Shown: positions 18,037 through 26,247 of the stretch, piece after piece
Layout of the letters: each line of letters starts with the position of its first letter
How positions within the stretch are numbered: position 1 is the first letter of the stretch
Assembly (NCBI GenBank): GCA_043732305.1
Contig: JAYTHU010000113.1
Span: 1-31,660 of the forward strand
Length of the DNA stretch: 31,660 bases
Reading direction: 5' to 3'
DNA from: Oligoflexia bacterium
Lineage (GTDB): Bacteria; Bdellovibrionota; Bdellovibrionia; JABDDW01
Notes under the pieces: generated by a model
Databases searched by the model: none
What the model was told of the DNA's origin: nothing
What the model saw: the letters and a program-made list of their open reading frames with translations, nothing else
Made by a program: the position numbers and the translations under genes

Positions 18037-18723
18037 CTAAAATTTTGCGAGATTCGTATCGAGTTTGAAATTCTGAAATCCACTGGCAAGATCGCTGTCA
18101 AAGCGTTGATAGCTTGTGACTTCATCCTTGCCTTGCTTGTTCTGCATGGCCAGTTGCTCACTCTGAAGCTTAAGCATTTGCGTGTTGACTCGGATAAGCT
18201 GCGACAAACTATTTAAAATCTGTCCGCTGGCCTCGGCCTGCATCCGTGCCGCCCCTTTGGGAGAAGCCTCACGACTTTGCACTAAAATCTTAATCGAGTT
18301 CTGCTCTTGCTGATCCGAGTAGTCTTTGAACGAGTTGGCCATACGAATGCTCTCGGCCACAGTTTGATCGTTAAGAAGTTGGAGCGCTTGCACCTTGCTT
18401 TTTGGAACTCGTCCATAGAGATCTGAAACTTTATCCATGGCAGATTTGAAATTTTGCAACTCCGCCATGATTCGCTCATCCCTCACAGGAAGGGCATTCA
18501 AAAGACCGATGGAGTTTTCAATTCCAGAGTTCACAAGCCGCAAATAATCTTCTGTGCTTTTTCCCTGCTGAATCATCATTTGAAACTGTTGGTAGTGCTT
18601 GATGTTTTCAGCAAGAATTTGAATTAAAACGGCCACGTCTCCGCCGAAGAGATCTGCGCGTGCCATGGGGGTTAAAAGAAAAATGGTCAAACCAAGTATC
18701 CGTCCGAAACGGAAAATTTTTAT
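18037..18723 (-). CDS. VirB5/TrbJ-like secreted helical protein
   Basis: Signal peptide ending PMARA-DLFGGD; Gln-rich coiled coils; SPKGAARMQAEA. GGGAG SD lies 7 nt before an in-frame ATA at 18723. Confidence 0.65.
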   Translation of the reverse strand: MKIFRFGRILGLTIFLLTPMARADLFGGDVAVLIQILAENIKHYQQFQMMIQQGKSTEDYLRLVNSGIENSIGLLNALPVRDERIMAELQNFKSAMDKVSDLYGRVPKSKVQALQLLNDQTVAESIRMANSFKDYSDQQEQNSIKILVQSREASPKGAARMQAEASGQILNSLSQLIRVNTQMLKLQSEQLAMQNKQGKDEVTSYQRFDSDLASGFQNFKLDTNLAKF

Positions 18724-18776
18724 ATGTGGTCTCCCGTTAAATTTGAGAAATTTTTGGTACGATTCAAACTATTGAA

Positions 18777-19982
18777 TTAATCACCTATTGGTGTGGATAT
18801 AAATCTTTTAACTTTTTCAATATCGAAAACCGGACCCGTCGCCCAGCGAGGTAGATCTGCTTGCGTATACAAGCTGATACGAAACTCTCCTCTTTGTTGT
18901 AGTCCATTGCTGTTATATTCTGAATCCGACACAAAATTTATTACCTTGTTATTTATAAAATATAATTCCTTACTCGATGCGCTTTTAAGATACTCTTCCG
19001 TTTGTTCCAGATAGTTATTGCATCTCGCAACTTCTAGCAAAATATCAGTCTGGCAGTTGGTACTCAACTTAAAATTAATTTTCACCTCTATCGAGCGGAC
19101 AAGAAAATTCTTTTTCGAAGCAAGCAGTTCTCTATTAAATGCAGACGGAATCATCCAATTTTGAACCGTTAAGGAATCAGATTTCCTCGCAAATTTTAAA
19201 AACTTTGCATTCTGATAAATAGAGACGGCTGGGCTGAACATTCCAGAAATTGTCGCAACAATTACTTCTTGGTTCGCATTTTTGGCATCCTTGCAGATAA
19301 CCGCTCCGCCGGAATCTCCATAGCTAATATTTTTATCTAAGGGCAAAGTCTCAAGCTGCAATCCAAATCTTGCATTTGTAGAAGGCCCGATGTTTTGCAC
19401 CTGTCGAAAATAAATTTCCGAATCGACATTTACTTCAGTTCCAAATTTTATCAAATCACCCCTAAAGGTTCTAATGGCACATTCGCCTGAGATGAGTCGC
19501 TTGAACTCAGTCTTCTCCAGCGCGATAGTGGGAGTTTGCCCGATAAATGGGGTTTCGGGATCAACATTGAGCAAGCCCATGTCCGTATTCACCGCGCCGC
19601 CAACGCCGGTTTGCTCACCTTTTTTAAATTCCTCCAACAAGTCTGGTGGAATTGCAGCAAGATCAAATTTGATCAAGGTCGAATTAAATTTTGGATGAAT
19701 GATCGCATTCATAACTCGGTGTTGTAACTTTTCAAATGGGCAGCTAACAGTGGTTTGAAGTTCTTCATTTTGAATGTAGGCTGCTCCAAAGTAGGCACAG
19801 TGAGCGGCGGTTAAAAATTCCGTAGGACTTATAAATGTTCCCGAGCATTGATGTGTCGTCTTCCCATTAACTTGAAACTGCAACAAACAAGAAGCTAGAT
19901 TATCTTTTTGAGTATCGAAGGCGAGACACTCAAATGACAATAAGCTAGTCAAAAGACAAATTACGGCACTAGTTTTTAACAT
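18777..19982 (-). CDS. Secreted trypsin-like (S1) serine protease with C-terminal extension
   Basis: CSGTFISPTEFLTAAHC (His), DMGLL (Asp), GDSGGAVIC (Ser); signal peptide; GAAGGTG SD. Confidence 0.9.
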   Translation of the reverse strand: MLKTSAVICLLTSLLSFECLAFDTQKDNLASCLLQFQVNGKTTHQCSGTFISPTEFLTAAHCAYFGAAYIQNEELQTTVSCPFEKLQHRVMNAIIHPKFNSTLIKFDLAAIPPDLLEEFKKGEQTGVGGAVNTDMGLLNVDPETPFIGQTPTIALEKTEFKRLISGECAIRTFRGDLIKFGTEVNVDSEIYFRQVQNIGPSTNARFGLQLETLPLDKNISYGDSGGAVICKDAKNANQEVIVATISGMFSPAVSIYQNAKFLKFARKSDSLTVQNWMIPSAFNRELLASKKNFLVRSIEVKINFKLSTNCQTDILLEVARCNNYLEQTEEYLKSASSKELYFINNKVINFVSDSEYNSNGLQQRGEFRISLYTQADLPRWATGPVFDIEKVKRFISTPIGD

Positions 19983-20036
19983 TGGAAATCACCTTCTCTA
20001 ATGAGGCATTACTTAAATCTAATAAAAGTCAGTAAG

Positions 20037-20052
20037 TGCAAAGGGCGGACCG
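20037..20052 (-). promoter_or_regulatory. Candidate sigma54 (-24/-12) promoter for the protease gene
   Basis: Minus strand CGGTCCGCCCTTTGCA = GG-N10-GC with TTGCA, about 55 nt upstream of ATG 19982. Confidence 0.5.
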
Positions 20053-20108
20053 ACCATATAAAAACTTGAGATCAAATATAACATCGTTGAGGTACCTAAA
20101 ATATGAGT

Positions 20109-20432
20109 TCAAATCAAAAGTCCCCACCTGCTTTTGAGGGCTTCGATAACGGCATTTTGAAGTCTCGGTTGCATCGCAAACGCCCGCTCGAAAGGGTCTG
20201 CCCCTTCTGTAATTTGATCTGACCAAATTGCCTTCGCCCAGGCGATGGCCCCTGAGTGACCACCGCCGAAATCATTTTGAGAAATGCTATACCAGTCGAT
20301 TTCTTGGCTTTGCATATTCAAATGGGTTAGTGCCTTTCTTTTCAATTCATCATCGGCATTGAAAATTAGCAGGACGGCCTTTAATTCTCGCGACAAATTT
20401 ATAAATGCCTTTTCAGTTTCAAAATTATTCAT
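20109..20432 (-). CDS. Hypothetical protein translationally coupled to VirB4
   Basis: ATGA overlap with the VirB4 stop; 107 aa; no motif recognised. Confidence 0.7.
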   Translation of the reverse strand: MNNFETEKAFINLSRELKAVLLIFNADDELKRKALTHLNMQSQEIDWYSISQNDFGGGHSGAIAWAKAIWSDQITEGADPFERAFAMQPRLQNAVIEALKSRWGLLI

Positions 20433-22870
20433 GCAGCTTCCTTTGCTTCTGTGGGTTCAAACGCTAATTTTTTTAGAATTTCAATCTTCGTCAGTTCAGG
20501 ATGTGCTTTCTCCATCTCTTGAATCTTTGCTTTGTCGGCAGCGTCGCTGGTGCAGATCCAGTAAGACAAGGGCTCCGGCACTAATCTCAAAATAGATTGG
20601 TTTTCATCTTGCAGAAAAAACAATTCGCTATAGGCACCCTTTATCACTTGAAGACTCTTGATGGCCTCGACCTGAGCATCGTTAAAATCAAAGATCTCTT
20701 GGAAGTCCTTCCAATCAATTTTTCTCTGCCGCAAAATAATCACGCTTGATGAATTGGGCATGAGGGCATCGCGGATCTCGGGATCAGCCAAGAAGTCCCG
20801 ATAGTTCTGGCTGATGCACCAAATTCCGGCGTTATATTTTCTCCAGGTCCTATAACAGGTGATAATGAACTGCTTCGCCAACTCTCCACTTTTGAAAAAC
20901 CTTTCCGCCTCGTCACAAATAAGCAAATAGGGTCTTGCTAGGTCCGCCGATGCTGCGTCTTGAATGAACGCCGTTAAAAGCAAAAGCAGAATGTCTTTCA
21001 GCTCAGGGTGGTTGGTGAGACCTTGAACTTCAATGGTCACTAAATCTTTGGTGAGTGTGATTGTGCTGGGTCCATCTAAAAGTCGTCCATAAGCCGTGCT
21101 GCCGGTGCAAGAAAAAAGAATCTGTCCACACTTTTGCATTTCAATGTCTTTGTGATGGTCTAAAATATTTTTTAGATCAGACAAATAAGGAACTCGCCCA
21201 ATGGTTTTGTGATAGGCCTCAAAGATCGTTTCCTCAAGCATGGCCTTCTCGCGTTTCCCCAGAGACTTTTGATCGGTGTCCTTGAGAATTAATTCAAGAA
21301 CAGCCAAAATCATTTTTATTCTTGCCGGTGATGGAGTGGTCTCACCATTTGGCAGATCAAAAACATTGATACGAAGGCCACTCTCTAAATTCAAATCAAC
21401 GAACTCGCCATCAAGGCATTCCAGAAGGCGTTTTGAACTCGCACCATTATCAATCCAAAAAATTCTTGGCGTATTTTTTTGGCCATAAAACATGAGCATC
21501 AATTGGCAGAGGGTAAAACTTTTTCCCGAACCCGATCCGCCAAATATTAGCCCGTTCCAGTTCGGCAGCTCCTTTGCAAACGGATCAAAAGAGAAGAGAC
21601 TGCTTTCTCGGTTCGGAATCAAACACACTGGCTCTTGGTTGCCGGCCCAACTTCCATAGAGCGGGAGCAAATGAGCAGCGTTGCTACTTTTCATTTTATG
21701 CTGGCGGAGGCCAGTGCAGGTCCCAGGCAAAGCTTCGATAAAAACATCAAAGCATGGGAGAGTTTCGACAACACCCTCGGCCTGACCCATAGAGCGAAAG
21801 GCCTTTAAGACCTCGTCGGAGCGTTCTTCAAGTTCAATTTTAGACTTGGCCCAAATGATCACGGCAAAATCCATGGAGACCAGGCGCTCACTGCCTTCTA
21901 AAAGTTCACGCAGCAGACTTTCAATGTCGGCAAGCTTTGATTCACTTTCTAGATCACTAACATTTTGTGAGCCGGAGGCCATAGCACTGGCCACACGTCG
22001 TTTAAGCTCCAGACGCTCTCGCTCTTTTGTCTGATCTAAAATACGGATATTTTGGCTGCTCCAAAAATGAAATGGCAACGCCGTTGCAAGTCCCGCCACC
22101 ATGGAGCTGTAAGTGCTACCTTCTGGCAGGGTTTTGAGCGTGATGGTACGGAAAAAATAATCGCCCATCCGCAGATGATCTCGATGAACCTCAATATCTG
22201 TCAGAGTCAGTTGCTCAATCATGGATGGTGAGAACAAATCTTTATTCTCACGCATTTCGGGCACCCCTTGGCTTTCAGAGCGGGCAAGATTTAAATATTC
22301 AAAACAGAGATTGAACCACTCTTTTTCTGTAAGTGACCGAGGCGAAAGTTTCGTATTTTCAAGGGAGGATTGAATTTGCTTAAGCGCACGTTCGAACTTT
22401 TCACGATGAGCCTGGTACTCAGCCGCACTCATGGTTTCATAAAGCTTTGGAGCCTCCCAAAGTTTTCTTTTTCGATATGAAAATGGACGGCTTCGCACAA
22501 ACAGAAAAAATTCAGGGATGAAATATGATTTACTCTCTGCATTCTGTCTTAAAAAAGAAAGCCTAGCTTCAGCTACAGGTTGATAGACTTTTGGTGCCGC
22601 CGATGAAATTGCCTCATGTTCTGAAAGCAATTTCTCAACGCTTGGTGAGACTCGATAGAAAAGTTGGAGCCGTAAACCCTCTTCTGCTGAAATCAAAAGA
22701 TTTTCGATTTGGCGGTTAAAATTATTAATTTCTTCTTCTGGGAGACAACCAACATCAAAACCCGTAAGCTTGAATGCTCCACCGAGGGAACCGTCGGCAT
22801 AAACCATGAGTCCGTCATCGAAATGCCAAAATGGCAGACGATCAGCCAGAGAATTGATTTTATTTTTCAT
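20429..22870 (-). CDS. virB4: VirB4/TraC-family conjugation ATPase
   Basis: NGLIFGGSGSGKS (Walker A), IDNGAS, INVFD, LICDEA (Walker B), RKYNA..CISQ; 813 aa; follows B2/B3-like genes. Confidence 0.92.
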   Translation of the reverse strand: MKNKINSLADRLPFWHFDDGLMVYADGSLGGAFKLTGFDVGCLPEEEINNFNRQIENLLISAEEGLRLQLFYRVSPSVEKLLSEHEAISSAAPKVYQPVAEARLSFLRQNAESKSYFIPEFFLFVRSRPFSYRKRKLWEAPKLYETMSAAEYQAHREKFERALKQIQSSLENTKLSPRSLTEKEWFNLCFEYLNLARSESQGVPEMRENKDLFSPSMIEQLTLTDIEVHRDHLRMGDYFFRTITLKTLPEGSTYSSMVAGLATALPFHFWSSQNIRILDQTKERERLELKRRVASAMASGSQNVSDLESESKLADIESLLRELLEGSERLVSMDFAVIIWAKSKIELEERSDEVLKAFRSMGQAEGVVETLPCFDVFIEALPGTCTGLRQHKMKSSNAAHLLPLYGSWAGNQEPVCLIPNRESSLFSFDPFAKELPNWNGLIFGGSGSGKSFTLCQLMLMFYGQKNTPRIFWIDNGASSKRLLECLDGEFVDLNLESGLRINVFDLPNGETTPSPARIKMILAVLELILKDTDQKSLGKREKAMLEETIFEAYHKTIGRVPYLSDLKNILDHHKDIEMQKCGQILFSCTGSTAYGRLLDGPSTITLTKDLVTIEVQGLTNHPELKDILLLLLTAFIQDAASADLARPYLLICDEAERFFKSGELAKQFIITCYRTWRKYNAGIWCISQNYRDFLADPEIRDALMPNSSSVIILRQRKIDWKDFQEIFDFNDAQVEAIKSLQVIKGAYSELFFLQDENQSILRLVPEPLSYWICTSDAADKAKIQEMEKAHPELTKIEILKKLAFEPTEAKEAA

Positions 22871-23165
22871 AAATTTTAAATCCTATGCGGTCACTGTGAT
22901 GTGATTTCAGGGCGGCGGAAAAGTGACCAGGGGTGATGTAGTACCTAACCAAGTGGAGCAAAAAACCGTCGGGTTTGTTCCGCTTTCCAAAATAAAGAAC
23001 GAGAAGAGCCGCCGACGGAACGCCCAGAACAAGAACCGTCGGAAGCTGAAAGAAATTAATCACGGCAGCCAAGATGAGTGAGGCAATCAGATCGAGGGCT
23101 TCCATGCCCCCAACCTTCATGCGCACATCTAGGCCACGGTGAACCGTGGACTGAGATAGCTCCAC
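22860..23165 (-). CDS. VirB3/TraL-like membrane protein
   Basis: VHRGLD..MKVGGMEALD, two TM helices, KRNKPDGFLLH; lies between the pilin and VirB4. Confidence 0.75.
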   Translation of the reverse strand: MELSQSTVHRGLDVRMKVGGMEALDLIASLILAAVINFFQLPTVLVLGVPSAALLVLYFGKRNKPDGFLLHLVRYYITPGHFSAALKSHHSDRIGFKIYEK

Positions 23166-23495
23166 CTAAAACCCCGAACCCACGGCGGCTTGAAGCCAGT
23201 GAATCACGACGGGCGCCAAGAGACCGACCGCACAGGCAATCAAAACTAAAATCATCCTGGCTTTCGAGCTTTGATCTCCGCTGGCCGCCAGAATCGCGCT
23301 GTAAACCAATCCCAAAATTGAAATGGCGGGTAAGATCGTGCCAATGATCTTACTCGTGAGCCCATTCACCCTCTGTGCGAGGGGGTCCGCCCCAATGCCG
23401 CCAAAGTCATCGGCGAAAGCCATGTGGGGCGCAAAGAGAAAAATTCCAAAAATGCCTGCAACCAGGCACACCGTCCACAAAGTGGATGGTTTCAT
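23166..23495 (-). CDS. TrbC/VirB2-like pilin
   Basis: Signal peptide ending HMAFA, then two hydrophobic helices separated by the short loop GDQSSKAR. Confidence 0.8.
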   Translation of the reverse strand: MKPSTLWTVCLVAGIFGIFLFAPHMAFADDFGGIGADPLAQRVNGLTSKIIGTILPAISILGLVYSAILAASGDQSSKARMILVLIACAVGLLAPVVIHWLQAAVGSGF

Positions 23496-23497
23496 TC

Positions 23498-23833
23498 TTA
23501 GCTTTGTGTCACCAAGACTAACCGCTGTGGCAAATAGCGCCCAATTTTTATGAAAATCTGATTGTTGGTCTCTTGGCTCGAATAGCCAGAGCCGACTTCC
23601 ACGCGGTGAGAGAATTTGCCGTTGATGTCAATGGGAGCGTGGACGACGTAATCAATCCTATCGGCGCAAGCTTCTTTGGGGCGCAAGTAGAGCACAGTGC
23701 GAGGAGCATCGAGCACCATTCTATACTCGCCGAACTCTTCAATGAAAAATGCGACGCCAGCATGAAATGTTTCACCTGTCTGTGGGTCCATCCAAACGAG
23801 GTCTTCTTTTTTCTGCTTTTTTAAATTTTGCAT
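23498..23833 (-). CDS. Hypothetical beta-rich cytoplasmic protein
   Basis: GGAG SD and ATG; ends 2 bp before the pilin start; duplicated (A/V)G-x-(A/G)-(F/Y) strand pattern. Confidence 0.7.
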   Translation of the reverse strand: MQNLKKQKKEDLVWMDPQTGETFHAGVAFFIEEFGEYRMVLDAPRTVLYLRPKEACADRIDYVVHAPIDINGKFSHRVEVGSGYSSQETNNQIFIKIGRYLPQRLVLVTQS

Positions 23834-23894
23834 AAATAATTCTCCGTAAATAATGAAATATTTTTGCCGCCCGAGAACCGTCCATTAAAATTTG

Positions 23895-24173
23895 TTAGAA
23901 GATGGAACCGTTTTTAAGATTCAGTCTTGATTTGTTGATTGCGTCGAGTTTTAGCTCCACTGAGCGAAGACCCACATGAAGCCTGGCGAGTCCTCGGTGA
24001 ATCAAAGAGACAACATCTTCTCTTTTGATTCCGGCGCTATGGGCAATTTCAACATAGTTGGCCTTCTCCCAAAAGTGCATGTAGATGGCGAGCCTCTCCA
24101 GATGGGGAAGTCTCGTGATCCGGTCTCTAATCAAAGCTTCTTGCGCAATATTTGTTTTTTTAAAACTTTGCAT
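23895..24173 (-). CDS. Stand-alone sigma70 region-4-like HTH protein
   Basis: LPHLERLAIYMHFWEKANYVEIAHSAGIKREDVVSLIHRGLARL matches the sigma r4 pattern; GGAGGGG SD before ATG 24173. Confidence 0.75.
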   Translation of the reverse strand: MQSFKKTNIAQEALIRDRITRLPHLERLAIYMHFWEKANYVEIAHSAGIKREDVVSLIHRGLARLHVGLRSVELKLDAINKSRLNLKNGSIF

Positions 24174-24184
24174 TTTCCCCTCCA

Positions 24185-24325
24185 TCAATGTCTCAAATAC
24201 ATGAGGCGATATCTAAGTTGCTCCTCTTTGATTCTTGCGAGCTCCGTCTCGTTGATTTCAGACTTGAGCCAAAAAATGTAAATGCGTTTGGCCAATGACT
24301 TAATGCGGTCAAATATTTTTTTCAT
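24185..24325 (-). CDS. 46-aa small protein (not in ORF track)
   Basis: AAGGGG SD, then MKKIFDRIKSLAKRIYIFWLKSEINETELARIKEEQLRYRLMYLRH*; fills the gap between two operon genes. Confidence 0.65.
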   Translation of the reverse strand: MKKIFDRIKSLAKRIYIFWLKSEINETELARIKEEQLRYRLMYLRH

Positions 24326-24542
24326 TTTTAGCCCCTTTTGGAAATGGAATGATGTCTGCGTTCTTGTCTGATCTTTTTCGCTTTCGTCTTAGCGGAAGGA
24401 TATTTTCAATACTCACCACATTGTCTGATGGCTCACTCGCTTCTCTGGCAACTTCTTGTTGGTCAGCCTGCTGAGTTTCAAGGTGAAGACTGCGTGGACT
24501 AATATTCATCGCCATTATTAAAATCGAATGGGTCCAACTCAT
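24309..24542 (-). CDS. Hypothetical 77-aa protein
   Basis: ATGA overlap with the TraR/DksA stop; low-complexity, basic C-terminus. Confidence 0.55.
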   Translation of the reverse strand: MSWTHSILIMAMNISPRSLHLETQQADQQEVAREASEPSDNVVSIENILPLRRKRKRSDKNADIIPFPKGAKNEKNI

Positions 24543-24976
24543 GCGGCCCTCGCACCAATGCAGAGGCTAAAGAGTCTCTCTGGCGTAATCCATGCGACAT
24601 TGTTGACGGACTTGGTGCTTGGCCGACCTTCCTCGGTTTGTTTGCAGCTCACGCAGCACGCAGCGCTGGGCAGAGCAGCTAAGCGTCTTGGGTCGATCAA
24701 TTCCCCACAAGATACGCATTCGCCGAAAGTGCCTTGATTGATCCGTGCTAGAGCATTCTGCAATTGACCTCGACGGACCATATTGCCCTCGTGAATCTCA
24801 ATGCGTGCAGCGAGGTCACTCTGCTCTTGAGCGTGATCCATTCCGTCTTGCAAAAAATTGGTTTGTTTTTCCGTTGCTTCCACTAGATCAGTTTTAAAAA
24901 CTGAAATGGCTTCTTCGACTTGAGCTAGGCTCTTTGTAATTTGAGAACTAAAATTGATTAACTGTTCTTTGTTCAT
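24539..24976 (-). CDS. TraR/DksA family C4 zinc-finger transcription factor
   Basis: Coiled coil with DGMDHA (DxxDxA tip); ALARINQGTFGECVSCGELIDPRRLAALPSAACCVSCK zinc finger. Confidence 0.92.
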   Translation of the reverse strand: MNKEQLINFSSQITKSLAQVEEAISVFKTDLVEATEKQTNFLQDGMDHAQEQSDLAARIEIHEGNMVRRGQLQNALARINQGTFGECVSCGELIDPRRLAALPSAACCVSCKQTEEGRPSTKSVNNVAWITPERLFSLCIGARAA

Positions 24977-25061
24977 CGGTTTCCCCTTTTCTGTGGGGAA
25001 AAAATTTGCCCCACAACTTTTTAGAATTGCAAAGCCGAGGGCAAAGCGTGCCAGAACAGCA

Positions 25062-25074
25062 CAAGCTATTGATT
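25062..25074 (-). promoter_or_regulatory. IHF consensus site upstream of the transfer operon
   Basis: Minus strand AATCAATAGCTTG is an exact match to WATCAANNNNTTR. Confidence 0.55.
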
Positions 25075-25125
25075 TGTTTTAGAGAGTTTGAAAAATGAGG
25101 ATGTAAAATAGGATTTGCGGAACTG

Positions 25126-25154
25126 GATTTTCAAACGGGACTGCGTTGAAAATC
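25126..25154. promoter_or_regulatory. Inverted repeat, candidate enhancer (UAS)
   Basis: GATTTTCAA-N11-TTGAAAATC. Confidence 0.45.
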
Positions 25155-25290
25155 AGGAGATGTCTGGATTGATTTTTATTTTTGAGAGAGGTTTCGGATA
25201 CTTCGCACTCTGGAGAAAACCAACGTGATTGCGATTGAGTAAAATGTTTTTTTCTTTCCATCGTAGAAATTGATGTCGTCTAGTTCGAGG

Positions 25291-26247
25291 TTAGATAAGT
25301 TTAAATTTCACCCCGCTCTTCGGATTGTAGAACCACGCATTGGTGACGCCTGTCAGTGCGACGGCACGGTCAAATACTGAAGAATCAGTATTTATAACGA
25401 CCAATTCAAGCCCTTCCTTGTCTGTCGGTGCATAGGTTCCAATAAGTGCGTTGATGTCGGCGTCATAGTCACCAAGCGAATAGCCCCACAACACCAGCCT
25501 CCTGGCTTTCGGAATCCAAGTGCTTGCAAGCGAGTGAGCATCCATAAGGGCTTCAATAAAATTTGAGCGAAACATTGAGATAGTTGATTTGATAAAGTTT
25601 TGATTGAGACCCGCTAGTTCCTGCTGTGTGAAAATTGAAAAATCATAAGCTGTGTCTTCGACGATTAACTCAGTCGGAAATACGATGCTATCGGGATGCT
25701 CACATCTTCCATGAAGATGTATGAGATTTTCAACGGAACTATCCTGCCAAAGAGTGTTATCCCAGTTCGTAGTAATGTAGTGGGCTTTTGATCCGAGAAT
25801 CTTAGCAATCTCAGGATCTATCCTAAGTTTCATTTTGGTCTGGCTAGTATGAAATAGCTGGGCAATGTTAATCCTCAAGTCAAGAAAACTGCCTACCAAC
25901 TTTGACAAACCCTTCTGGTGAGTCGTATGAATCGAATCAAATTGAGTTTGCCCCTTTTTGTGTTTGGCCCAGTTCACAAAATAAAGTCCACGAGCAATTT
26001 TAAACTTGTATGACATCAATGCTAGCTGATGAAAGGCCTCTTTGTCTTGACGGCGCAGGCTGGTCACTTTTGGCAAGACTGAATTATCGGAATTCAGCCA
26101 GTGATCGAGAGCCGCTCTTAAAGGCTGCCAGCCACCTTCAATCGCACCATTCCCGACAAAGGCAACAACGTTAATCTCATTTTTATTGTTGTTCTTAATA
26201 ATAGTCGAACTATCCTCTCCTTCGTTTTTCTCTTGCTTCAATGTCAT
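25291..26247 (-). CDS. SIR2-like domain protein (putative NADase/defence effector)
   Basis: FVGNGA, YITTNWDN, LIHLHG, LVLWGYSLGDYDADI, LVVIN motifs of the SIR2_2 family; GGGAGG SD. Confidence 0.75.
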   Translation of the reverse strand: MTLKQEKNEGEDSSTIIKNNNKNEINVVAFVGNGAIEGGWQPLRAALDHWLNSDNSVLPKVTSLRRQDKEAFHQLALMSYKFKIARGLYFVNWAKHKKGQTQFDSIHTTHQKGLSKLVGSFLDLRINIAQLFHTSQTKMKLRIDPEIAKILGSKAHYITTNWDNTLWQDSSVENLIHLHGRCEHPDSIVFPTELIVEDTAYDFSIFTQQELAGLNQNFIKSTISMFRSNFIEALMDAHSLASTWIPKARRLVLWGYSLGDYDADINALIGTYAPTDKEGLELVVINTDSSVFDRAVALTGVTNAWFYNPKSGVKFKLI

